A stretch of 32,000 bases of DNA, from contig NZ_FUWJ01000008.1 in NCBI RefSeq assembly GCF_900167455.1, positions 153,378 to 185,377 on the forward strand. The letters are read 5' to 3'. Both the position numbers and the translations under genes were made by a program. The stretch comes from Enhydrobacter aerosaccus. GTDB lineage: Bacteria > Pseudomonadota > Alphaproteobacteria > Reyranellales > Reyranellaceae. How positions within the stretch are numbered: position 1 is the stretch's first letter; each line of letters begins with the position of its first letter. The notes under the pieces are model-generated. The model did no database searches, had not been told where the DNA came from, and saw only the letters and a list, made by a program, of their open reading frames with translations. Of the stretch, positions 24,959 to 32,000 are shown piece after piece.

Positions 24959-25864
24959 ATGCGTCGCATGAGCCATTCCGCCTCGGCGTTGGGCAGGTTG
25001 GGCCTTACCGTCGTTGCGGCATTGGATGCCCTCTGCTATCCGCTCATTTTGGTGGGTGCGAGCAGTGCTCCTCATTTGACGTTTGCCGCCCTAAGAGCAT
25101 TGGTTGCTGGCGCAGTATTGGCTGGAGTTGCGATCCGCCTCGGCCGCCCGATACCTCGTGAACCGCGTACTTGGGCATATCTCGCGCTCATCGGCATTGG
25201 GACGATAAGCTTTGGCTACCTGGGAATGTTCAGAGGTGCCGAGTTTGTTTCGCCTGGTATGGCAACCACAATTACTCACGTGCAGCCGTTCATTGCCGCG
25301 CTACTGGCATATCCGCTCTTGGCGGAGAGGCCGACTTCCCATCAGGTCATCGGTCTCATGCTCGGTTTTGTGGGCGTTCTCGTTGTTGCGATCCCACCTT
25401 GGATGGGCGGTCGCTCCAGCGACTTCTCTCTAGGCTTTTTGTACCTCGTGATCGCAGCCATAGGCGTCGCAACCGGCAATGTCCTCACTCGCAAGGTCGC
25501 TGGCAACGTTGACCCGATCGTGGCTACGTCTGCACAGTGTCTTTTCGGCTTCTTGCCGTTGAGTGCCACCGCTGTTGTTGTTGAGGACCCGCTGGCCGTT
25601 GTGTGGTCCTACAGTTTTGTCGGAAGCCTGCTCGGTCTGGCCTTGGTCGGCACAGCCTTGGCTCGGTGCCTATGGTTCGCACTCCTGAGCCGTGTCCCGC
25701 TACATGAAGGCAATGCCTTTACTTTCTTGACGCCGTTCATCGCACTGGGCTACGGCGCATTGTTCTTCGGAGAGGATATTGAAACCTCTACCTTCTTGGG
25801 CTTGGGCGTCGCAGCCTTGGGCATTTTGTTCGTGGAATCAGACAGCGCACGTCAAAGGAAGTAA
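24959..25864 (+). CDS. EamA/DMT-superfamily transporter
   Basis: 301 aa with about 10 hydrophobic helices arranged as two EamA-like halves. Confidence 0.85.
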   Translation: MRRMSHSASALGRLGLTVVAALDALCYPLILVGASSAPHLTFAALRALVAGAVLAGVAIRLGRPIPREPRTWAYLALIGIGTISFGYLGMFRGAEFVSPGMATTITHVQPFIAALLAYPLLAERPTSHQVIGLMLGFVGVLVVAIPPWMGGRSSDFSLGFLYLVIAAIGVATGNVLTRKVAGNVDPIVATSAQCLFGFLPLSATAVVVEDPLAVVWSYSFVGSLLGLALVGTALARCLWFALLSRVPLHEGNAFTFLTPFIALGYGALFFGEDIETSTFLGLGVAALGILFVESDSARQRK

Positions 25865-26094
25865 CGGACTCAGTGGCCAACACGATCGGTGAGTCGTGAA
25901 GGCTACAAGGAGTGGGCCACAAGATGAAGGCGCCAGCCCTTGGCTGGGGTTAAGCAATTGAGCCAAGAGGACACGCCTTGCTGGTCTACCAACTGCTTGT
26001 CTCTGTTTGGCTCTTCAATTGCCCGCGGACGTACCTTTGTCCTTCGCCCTAATGAGCGATAGTCTTGTGGCAGTCCTGTAAAAAGGGGGCTTGC

Positions 26095-26358
26095 CTACTG
26101 ACCAGACTTGCCGGTAGCTGGTCCACTCGAATGGCTTGGCGTAGCCGGCATGTTGTGCTGCTGCTGTTGAATCTCCTTCGTTTCACCCGGCTTGGGTGAC
26201 GAGGAGTGGCCGTGCGTTCCGGGTCCGGGTTGCGTTCCGCCCTGTATGTGCTGGCCCTTCGTGGCATCGGTTGATTGCGCCCACGCGACTTGAGTGAACG
26301 CCATGAACCCCAACGCACTTGCGGCAGTCGCCAAGGCCAGTTTCCAACGATTCATCAT
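26095..26358 (-). CDS. Small secreted low-complexity (His/Gln/Pro/Gly-rich) protein
   Basis: Start at ATG 26358, with AGGAGA 6 nt upstream. Signal peptide MMNRWKLALATAASALGFMAFTQVAWA. The mature ~60 aa includes THGHSSSP and QQQQHNMP. Confidence 0.45.
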   Translation of the reverse strand: MMNRWKLALATAASALGFMAFTQVAWAQSTDATKGQHIQGGTQPGPGTHGHSSSPKPGETKEIQQQQHNMPATPSHSSGPATGKSGQ

Positions 26359-26530
26359 GACAGGTCTCCTTTGATGAAACCTTGGACCAAGTGTGCGGTT
26401 CACGCTGTTCAATCTGAGACTCGAATTCAATCGTGCCAATGATCTCGCATCAGCTGTCCGGGGACGACCAGCACAGGAGTAGTTCTTGCATTTATCGCTA
26501 ATGGGCGACGCAATCGAATCCATCGACATT

Positions 26531-27241
26531 TCAATCCATTTCGCCCAATCGTCTCAGACGAGAATGCACCTTGATTGTGCCGGGCGGCGTCCGGCCTCCG
26601 TATTCGATTAGGTTGAGACGCCTGAACTTGTTCAGGAAGTAGTTCACTCGCGGACGCGTTGAGCCGATGAGATTTGCCAGCATCTCCTGCTTGACGTTCG
26701 ATGTGATGCCGAAGTCGCGACTCCCGTTGCCGACGTTGGCAAGTTTGAGCAGTACGCGCGCCAAACGCTGTTCGGCCGATCCGACGAGCTGATCAATCAA
26801 GGCGGCTTCGGTTTCGAGGCTGTGTGCAACCAGAAATGCCGTAAACGCGCCAGCGAGGTCTGGCCACTCCCGGAGCAAGTTGGGCATCAAGCTCCTATCG
26901 ATCCTCGCGATTTCAGCGTCTTCAACGACAACGGCTGATGTAGTGCGATACGGCTTGTTCGCGAGGCATTCCTCGCCACAAAAATCACCGGGGCCGAGGA
27001 TTGCGACGAGACGGTCGTCGCCTTTCTCGGTCGTCACTAACCGGTGCACTTGTCCGTACCCGATGTAAAAGATTGCATCCGCTGGATCCCCCTGGCGGAA
27101 CAGGGGGCGGCCTGCTGAGTACCTCATATGTGGAAACTGGACGCAAAGCTTTGCTTGCGAACCGTTGACGTACGCCCGCTTGAGAGGGACATCGTCCAAG
27201 TGTTCAATCCCGCTCGACGGACCAAGTGTCTGCTCGCCCAT
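26531..27241 (-). CDS. Crp/Fnr-family transcriptional regulator
   Basis: cNMP-binding-like barrel (RPLFRQGDPADAIFYIGYGQV...LGPGDFCGEECL) and a C-terminal HTH (QEMLANLIGSTRPRVNYFLNKF). The start is uncertain: ATG 27241 gives 236 aa, ATG 27367 gives 278 aa with an extra Cys-containing N-terminus. Confidence 0.85.
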   Translation of the reverse strand: MGEQTLGPSSGIEHLDDVPLKRAYVNGSQAKLCVQFPHMRYSAGRPLFRQGDPADAIFYIGYGQVHRLVTTEKGDDRLVAILGPGDFCGEECLANKPYRTTSAVVVEDAEIARIDRSLMPNLLREWPDLAGAFTAFLVAHSLETEAALIDQLVGSAEQRLARVLLKLANVGNGSRDFGITSNVKQEMLANLIGSTRPRVNYFLNKFRRLNLIEYGGRTPPGTIKVHSRLRRLGEMD

Positions 27242-27519
27242 TCTCCGAAGAGGGTCCGTGACGGGACAAGGTTTGGTTTCAAGCGCGCGGTGGCGAAGTT
27301 GACTGATGGGCGGATTTGGGCAGACGCATGGGAGAGCGTCATGCCTCGATGACAGTGGAGATTTCATAGCTGAGCCATGGTCTAGAAGGGAGAGAAGCGC
27401 GAATGATGCGGCGCACGAATCATCCGATCCGTGTCGTCCCTCAAATGGTCGCACGCGAATCACCAACACCGATGGCCTAAGGAGCCACCGAGCTTCTGGC
27501 TTGCACTACGACGATTTGA

Positions 27520-27936
27520 CTAGTGAGCGCGCGGAGGTCTCTCTAGCCGACCTTGGCTTCTGCCGCACAGCGACGCCGCTACAGTGACAACTGCGCTGAG
27601 TGGCAACTGCGATGTTCGACTGTAGTAGTTTCTGCTACCGATGGCGGCGTGACAAGCGACACCGCAGCAATCGTCGTTGAGATCGACATCCGATGATGTG
27701 TCGTTCGAGCGACCAATGTCCCGTGACTGAGCGAATGCCGCGGGCGACAAGGCAGCCGCTGCTCGCTCTCGCGGTCCCACTGCGTGTATGGATCGCGAGG
27801 CGTCGCCATAGACGGAATGATCCGGGTGGGCAGGAACTGCTCGCTGCTCATGATGAACAGGCGAGTGAGCCGACGCCGCACCACCAAAGGCGAGTGCGCA
27901 TATCAAAGCTACGAAGACTATGCCCAAAACGCGCAT
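27520..27936 (-). CDS. Secreted His-rich protein with a DDCCGVACHAA motif (uncharacterised; paralogue at 31647)
   Basis: Start at ATG 27936 (MRVLGIVFVALICALAFGGAASA signal peptide). 138 aa. Shares its architecture and the CC-x-VACHAA motif with the partial ORF at the right edge of the window. Confidence 0.5.
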   Translation of the reverse strand: MRVLGIVFVALICALAFGGAASAHSPVHHEQRAVPAHPDHSVYGDASRSIHAVGPRERAAAALSPAAFAQSRDIGRSNDTSSDVDLNDDCCGVACHAAIGSRNYYSRTSQLPLSAVVTVAASLCGRSQGRLERPPRAH

Positions 27937-28082
27937 GCCACATCCGCGTGCTTCAGGGTTGGCCGAACGGCACACAACCGATGGCGCTTCGACTATGCGT
28001 CAGAAGCCCGGAACAAGCCAGTATCATCGACTGCTGCATGAAAAGACTACGCTAACCGTAGGCTCTGCCGGCCCGGTTTTCC

Positions 28083-28096
28083 TTGATCTGGATCAA
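28083..28096. promoter_or_regulatory. Perfect FNR/FixK-type box TTGATCTGGATCAA
   Basis: Exact match to TTGAT-N4-ATCAA and the only perfect one I found in the window. It is intergenic, centred about 153 nt upstream of the ATG at 27936 on the minus strand. Confidence 0.55.
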
Positions 28097-28192
28097 CGAC
28101 TTGAGGTTGTGGCTGCCTCCAGCTCTCAAATCGCGGCGTCGGGCTTCTGGCCCCGTTGGTATTTGGAAAACCTATCCGGAGCGCTTCCATGG

Positions 28193-28570
28193 CTATCGTC
28201 CTTCGATCTCGACTTCGAGCGAAAAGCTCAAGAAGGTTTGTATTGTGATGATCAACCCCAACACGCCGAGACTGTGAAAGGTCGGTGCCACGGCAACGGT
28301 TCCGATGATATCGGCCGCTACGAGGATATCGGCCGCTACGAGGAACTCCAGTCCCAGCAATATGCCGCGGCCGAGATCAGCCCGATAGCTCGGCATCGCG
28401 CCATTCCAGCCACTCCTCACCCCCGCCTTGACGAAAACGATAGTCGACGCAACTGCCGCGATGACGATGGCCCCCACGCCCACGACTTCAATGATCGTTG
28501 CAATCCAATGCAAGACCTGGACCATTACGGCGCGTGCATCTCCCGTCGACACGACCTCGAATGAATTCAT
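28193..28570 (-). CDS. DUF1622-family membrane protein (carries an in-frame 6-aa duplication)
   Basis: 125 aa. YRADLGRGILLGLEFLVAADI...TFLSFSLEVEIEGR matches my recollection of DUF1622. GGAGA RBS. Starts 21 nt after the ATPase stop, so probably co-transcribed. Confidence 0.7.
   Translation of the reverse strand: MNSFEVVSTGDARAVMVQVLHWIATIIEVVGVGAIVIAAVASTIVFVKAGVRSGWNGAMPSYRADLGRGILLGLEFLVAADILVAADIIGTVAVAPTFHSLGVLGLIITIQTFLSFSLEVEIEGR
28307..28342. repeat. Perfect 18-bp tandem duplication (gatatcggccgctacgag x2) inside the DUF1622 gene
   Basis: Read directly from the sequence. It encodes LVAADI-LVAADI within the most conserved motif. Confidence 0.9.
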
Positions 28571-28591
28571 GGCGGCGGGATCTCCTCGCCC

Positions 28592-30940
28592 TTACAGATG
28601 CAGGGTGCGCAACCGAAGCGCATTGCCGATGACACTCACCGAGCTCAGCGCCATGGCTGTTGCCGCGATGATAGGCGACAGCAAGATGCCGAAGATCGGA
28701 TACAGCACGCCGGCCGCGATCGGCACGCCGGCGGCGTTGTAAACAAAGGCGAAAAACAGGTTCTGCCGGATGTTGCGCATGGTCGCCTGGGACAAGCGCC
28801 GCGCCTTGACGATCCCCATGAGATCCCCCTTGAGCAGAGTGACGCCGGCGCTCTCGATCGCGACGTCGGTGCCGGTGCCCATGGCGATGCCGACCTCGGC
28901 TGCGGCCAGCGCTGGCGCGTCGTTGACGCCATCGCCCGCCATGGCCACCACGCGGCCCTCGCGGCGCAGTTTCTCGACCACGGCGCTCTTCTGGTCGGGC
29001 AGCACCTCGGCTTCGACCTCGGCAATGCCGAGCCGTCGAGCAACGGCCTGCGCGGTGGTAAGGTTGTCGCCGGTCAGCATGACGACGCGGATCTTCTCTC
29101 GCGCCAGCGCCGCAAGGGCGGCGGGTGTCGTCTCCTTCACTGGATCGGCAATGGCGAATATCGCAGCCGGACTTCCGTCGACCGCGAGGAAGATGGCAGT
29201 GGCGCCCTCCTGGCGCTGCCGCTCGGCCTCGCCCTCGAGCGCGGTCGTGGCGATGCCGAGCTCGCCCAGAAACCGCGCATTGCCGAGCGCCAGGCGGCGG
29301 CCCTCCACCGTGCCGACCACGCCCTTGCCGGTGGGCGAATCGAAATCGGCGACGTCGGACAGGGCGAGCTTGCGCTCGGCCGCCGCGGCGACGATCGCCA
29401 GCGCCAATGGATGCTCGCTGGCCTTCTCTGCGCTGGCCGCGAGGCGCAGCACATCGGCCTCGGCGAACCCCGCCGCCGGAACGATCGCTACCACCTTGGG
29501 CTTGCCCTCGGTCAGCGTGCCGGTCTTGTCGATCACCAGGGTGTCGACCCGCTCCATTCGCTCCAGCGCCTCGGCGTTCTTAATCAGGACGCCGGCCTGA
29601 GCGCCGCGCCCGACGCCGACCATAATCGACATCGGCGTCGCGAGACCGAGCGCACAGGGGCAGGCGATGATCAGCACCGTCACCGCCGCCACCAGGCCGA
29701 AGGCGAGGCGCGGCTCGGGGCCCCAGATGGCCCAGGCCGCGAAGGCCGCGAGCGCGATGGCGATGACCACGGGCACGAAATAGCCCGAGACCATGTCGGC
29801 TAGACGCTGGATCGGGGCGCGCGAGCGCTGCGCCTCGGCCACCATCTGCACGATGCGCGACAGCATGGTATCGCGGCCGACCTTCTCGGCCCGCATCACG
29901 AAGCTGCCGGTCGTGTTCAGCGTGCCGGCGATCACCTTGGCGCCGACCTCCTTTGTGACCGGCATGGACTCGCCCGTCACCATCGATTCGTCGAGCGAGG
30001 AACGGCCTTCGCTCACCTCGCCGTCGACCGGCACCTTCTCGCCCGGCCGTACACGCAGTCGGTCGCCGACGCCGATGGCGTCGAGGGAAACCTCCTCGTC
30101 GGTGCCGTCGGTCTTCAGCCGCTGCGCGGTCTTAGGTGCCAGATCGAGCAGGGCGCGGATCGCGCCTGACGTCTGGTCGCGGGCGCGCAATTCGAGCACC
30201 TGGCCGAGTAGCACCAGGACTGTGATGACCGCCGCGGCCTCGAAATACACCGCCACCGTTCCCTCAGCCCCTCGAAAGGCCGGCGGGAAGAGGTCAGGTA
30301 TGGCAATTGCCACCACGCTATAGGCCCAGGCGACGCCGATGCCCATGGCGATCAGGGTGAACATGTTGAGATTGCGCGTCTTGAGGGACTGCCACGCACG
30401 CTCAAAGAACGGCCAGCCGGCCCAAAGGACCACCGGCGTGGCCAACACGAACTGGATCCAGCTTGAGGTTTTGGCGCCCAGAAGCATGTGCAGGTTAGTC
30501 AGGTGACCTCCCATTTCCAGGGCCAGCACAGGCAAAGACAGAACAAGCCCGATCCAGAACCGCTTTGTCATGTCCGCGAGTTCGGGATTGGGCGCGGCTT
30601 CGCCCGTTATCAGCTCCGGCTCCAGAGCCATGCCGCAAATCGGACAGTTGCCCGGCCCGGCCTGTCGGATTTGGGGATGCATGGGACACGTGTAGATCGT
30701 CCCGGCAGGGGTATCCGGCTGCTTGGCCGGGGAGGGCTTCAAGTAACGCTCAGGCTCGGCGATGAACTTCGCCAGGCATTTGGCGCTGCAGAAGTAGTAA
30801 GTCTGCGCGCGATGCACCGTTTTGTGCTTCGCGCCCTCGATCTTCACTGCCATCCCACACACCGGGTCGATCGCGGTCGTGGCAGAGCCGTGGGAATGCG
30901 TCGCGTGGTCATGACCAGCGTGGCAGCAAGTGTTCTTCAT
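28592..30940 (-). CDS. copA: Copper(I)-translocating P1B-type ATPase with N-terminal TRASH/YHS and YTCPMHP-type metal-binding domains
   Basis: 782 aa. CPC in TM6, [17 protein letters not shown], and the YN...P and MALSS Cu(I)-type TM motifs. N-terminus: [20 protein letters not shown]...YYFCSAKC (YHS/TRASH) and [24 protein letters not shown]. Confidence 0.95.
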   Translation of the reverse strand: MKNTCCHAGHDHATHSHGSATTAIDPVCGMAVKIEGAKHKTVHRAQTYYFCSAKCLAKFIAEPERYLKPSPAKQPDTPAGTIYTCPMHPQIRQAGPGNCPICGMALEPELITGEAAPNPELADMTKRFWIGLVLSLPVLALEMGGHLTNLHMLLGAKTSSWIQFVLATPVVLWAGWPFFERAWQSLKTRNLNMFTLIAMGIGVAWAYSVVAIAIPDLFPPAFRGAEGTVAVYFEAAAVITVLVLLGQVLELRARDQTSGAIRALLDLAPKTAQRLKTDGTDEEVSLDAIGVGDRLRVRPGEKVPVDGEVSEGRSSLDESMVTGESMPVTKEVGAKVIAGTLNTTGSFVMRAEKVGRDTMLSRIVQMVAEAQRSRAPIQRLADMVSGYFVPVVIAIALAAFAAWAIWGPEPRLAFGLVAAVTVLIIACPCALGLATPMSIMVGVGRGAQAGVLIKNAEALERMERVDTLVIDKTGTLTEGKPKVVAIVPAAGFAEADVLRLAASAEKASEHPLALAIVAAAAERKLALSDVADFDSPTGKGVVGTVEGRRLALGNARFLGELGIATTALEGEAERQRQEGATAIFLAVDGSPAAIFAIADPVKETTPAALAALAREKIRVVMLTGDNLTTAQAVARRLGIAEVEAEVLPDQKSAVVEKLRREGRVVAMAGDGVNDAPALAAAEVGIAMGTGTDVAIESAGVTLLKGDLMGIVKARRLSQATMRNIRQNLFFAFVYNAAGVPIAAGVLYPIFGILLSPIIAATAMALSSVSVIGNALRLRTLHL

Positions 30941-30952
30941 GACTTGCTATCT

Positions 30953-30969
30953 ATACCCTGCGGGGGTAT
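30953..30969. promoter_or_regulatory. CsoR-type operator ATACCC-TGCGG-GGGTAT in the 39-bp copA/csoR divergent spacer
   Basis: Perfect 6-bp inverted arms. It resembles the GC-rich TACCC-N5-GGGTA operators reported for Bacillus CsoR, as I recall them. It lies between the divergent ATG codons at 30940 and 30980. Confidence 0.7.
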
Positions 30970-30979
30970 TATTCAAGCC

Positions 30980-31255
30980 ATGGACGATAAGATCAAGAAA
31001 TCCCAGCTCGCTCGACTTAGCCGAATCGAGGGCCAAGTTCGTGGCGTCGCCCGCATGATCGAAGAAAATCGCTATTGCATTGATGTGCTCACTCAGATCA
31101 AGGCGGTGCGAGCGGCGCTAGACAAGGTCGAGCAGGAAACCTTGAGCGACCACCTACACCATTGCGTCGCACACGCTTTTCACGCGGGCTCGGCGCGGGA
31201 CCGTCAGACCAAGATCGACGAATTGATCGCGGTGCTCGACAATCGAGGGCGTTAG
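30980..31255 (+). CDS. csoR: CsoR-family copper-sensing transcriptional repressor
   Basis: 91 aa from ATG 30980. RLSRIEGQVRGVARMIEENRYCIDVLTQIKAVRAAL...HLHHCV, which is the x-C-H-C ligand fingerprint (Cys in YC, His and Cys in H-x3-C). Confidence 0.9.
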   Translation: MDDKIKKSQLARLSRIEGQVRGVARMIEENRYCIDVLTQIKAVRAALDKVEQETLSDHLHHCVAHAFHAGSARDRQTKIDELIAVLDNRGR

Positions 31256-31291
31256 CCGCCCGCGGTCCGGTATCGGCCTCTTTGGCGGGTC

Positions 31292-31337
31292 GATCTAAGT
31301 CACTGACCGGAAATGATCTAAGTCACTGACCGGAAAT
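31292..31337. repeat. Perfect 23-bp tandem direct repeat (gatctaagtcactgaccggaaat x2)
   Basis: Read directly from the sequence, 37 nt downstream of the csoR stop. Each unit contains the small palindrome GTCAcTGAC. Confidence 0.9.
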
Positions 31338-31646
31338 GAGGCTGAGTAAGTTGCCGCCTCTCTCCCCGACTTCTGCTCATTCTAGCCGCACACCCGAGAG
31401 CGGTCGGCCTTGCGTCCTTACGCTCGGGCATTCCGGATTACTATGGATCCGGCGCTTATTCTTGTGCTGGGCCATTCCGATCCTCCCGTGGGTTCGCCTG
31501 GCCGTTACCAGTCAGAGCAAATCACATACCCTGCCAGGGTGGGGTGTATGGGCGTCAAGCTCTTGATTCATCGACTCTTTCAACGCTCCGGCATTGATAT
31601 CGATGCAGTGTAAGGCGAATCTCGGGGCGCCACTGCATTGACAACG

Positions 31647-32000
31647 ATGATCGCTGAAGCCATTTTGATTGCGATGCGAAGAATTGATCCCTTGAGCCAC
31701 ATTGGGCGAGTCGTATTGCTCGCTGTGCTGGGATTCGTCATCGCATCCGGTACGGCCCTAGCTCATGGTGGAACATCTCCCACGTCTGCCGAACGCAGCC
31801 ATGTGCAGACTTCCACCGGCCGGCACGTAGAGCACGACCAGCCCATCACGACGCCGGCAACGATCGCTTCGCCGCTCGAGCAGGCCACTCATTCGGATGA
31901 ACCTTGCTCGGATCGGCAGCCACGCGGACATGCTGGCGACGGATGCTGCAATGTGGCCTGCCACGCTGCCCTCGCGACGCCACTGTCGAGCGTGGGCAGC
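31647..32000 (+). CDS. Secreted His-rich protein with a DGCCNVACHAA motif, 3' end outside the window (paralogue of 27520..27936)
   Basis: Frame 3 is open from ATG 31647 (or ATG 31674) to the window edge. It is absent from the ORF track because it lacks a stop. Hydrophobic leader (GRVVLLAVLGFVIASGTALA), His-rich spacer, then GCCNVACHAAL. Confidence 0.45.
   Translation, partial: MIAEAILIAMRRIDPLSHIGRVVLLAVLGFVIASGTALAHGGTSPTSAERSHVQTSTGRHVEHDQPITTPATIASPLEQATHSDEPCSDRQPRGHAGDGCCNVACHAALATPLSSVGS

Noticed and set aside
28598-29803. 401-aa and 276-aa plus-strand ORFs (28598..29803, 28770..29600)
   Set aside because: They are antisense to the P-type ATPase, whose motifs ([16 protein letters not shown]) are unambiguous. 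The composition is low-complexity Arg/Gly/Asp or Ser/Ala/Arg.
31338-31646. ORFs 31336..31566 and 31410..31613, and a possible tRNA or att fragment after the 23-bp repeats
   Set aside because: The translations are implausible. No cloverleaf or GGTTCGAATCC-type T-arm is present, and gggttcgcctggcc is only a superficial resemblance.
1-32000. CRISPR arrays, rRNA/tRNA genes and intact IS elements or transposases
   Set aside because: No spaced direct-repeat arrays were seen, no structured RNA gene signatures, and no transposase- or integrase-like translation in any frame that I could recognise.

Overview
High-GC proteobacterial DNA, possibly alphaproteobacterial (a guess from protein style only). 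It reads as accessory cargo next to the tail of a conjugative type IV secretion operon (trbI 3' end plus a DUF2274 ORF). Left to right: a LysR regulator; a translationally coupled copper operon (CusF-like protein, multicopper oxidase, CopB/PcoB-type outer-membrane protein); a frameshifted SbmA/BacA-like transporter; and a single-domain HupH/HyaF-like ORF. Next is a compact minus-strand [NiFe]-hydrogenase cluster: Met-rich LTXXQ protein, Tat small subunit, large subunit, CxxCH-LTXXQ fusion, hypC-A-B-D, endopeptidase, hypF-E. It has no cytochrome b and no nickel permease. Diverging from it is the most unusual part, a tightly coupled three-gene module: a membrane-tethered FNR-type FAD/NAD(P) reductase with a C-terminal [2Fe-2S] domain and a His/Met-rich periplasmic domain, a 5-TM protein with H-x13-H on two helices, and an anchored heptahaem cytochrome c. 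I read this module as a split NOX/ferric-reductase-like transmembrane electron conduit. The rest comprises a DUF2933-ICMT methyltransferase pair, an EamA transporter, a Crp/Fnr-family regulator, two paralogous secreted CC-x-VACHAA proteins, DUF1622, a Cu(I) P1B-type ATPase and a divergent CsoR with its operator. Candidate regulatory DNA includes three near-identical 16-bp palindromes, one perfect FNR/FixK box and a 23-bp perfect tandem repeat. All family assignments come from motif recognition by eye. No database search, HMM or structure prediction was run. No tRNA, rRNA, CRISPR array or intact IS element was seen.
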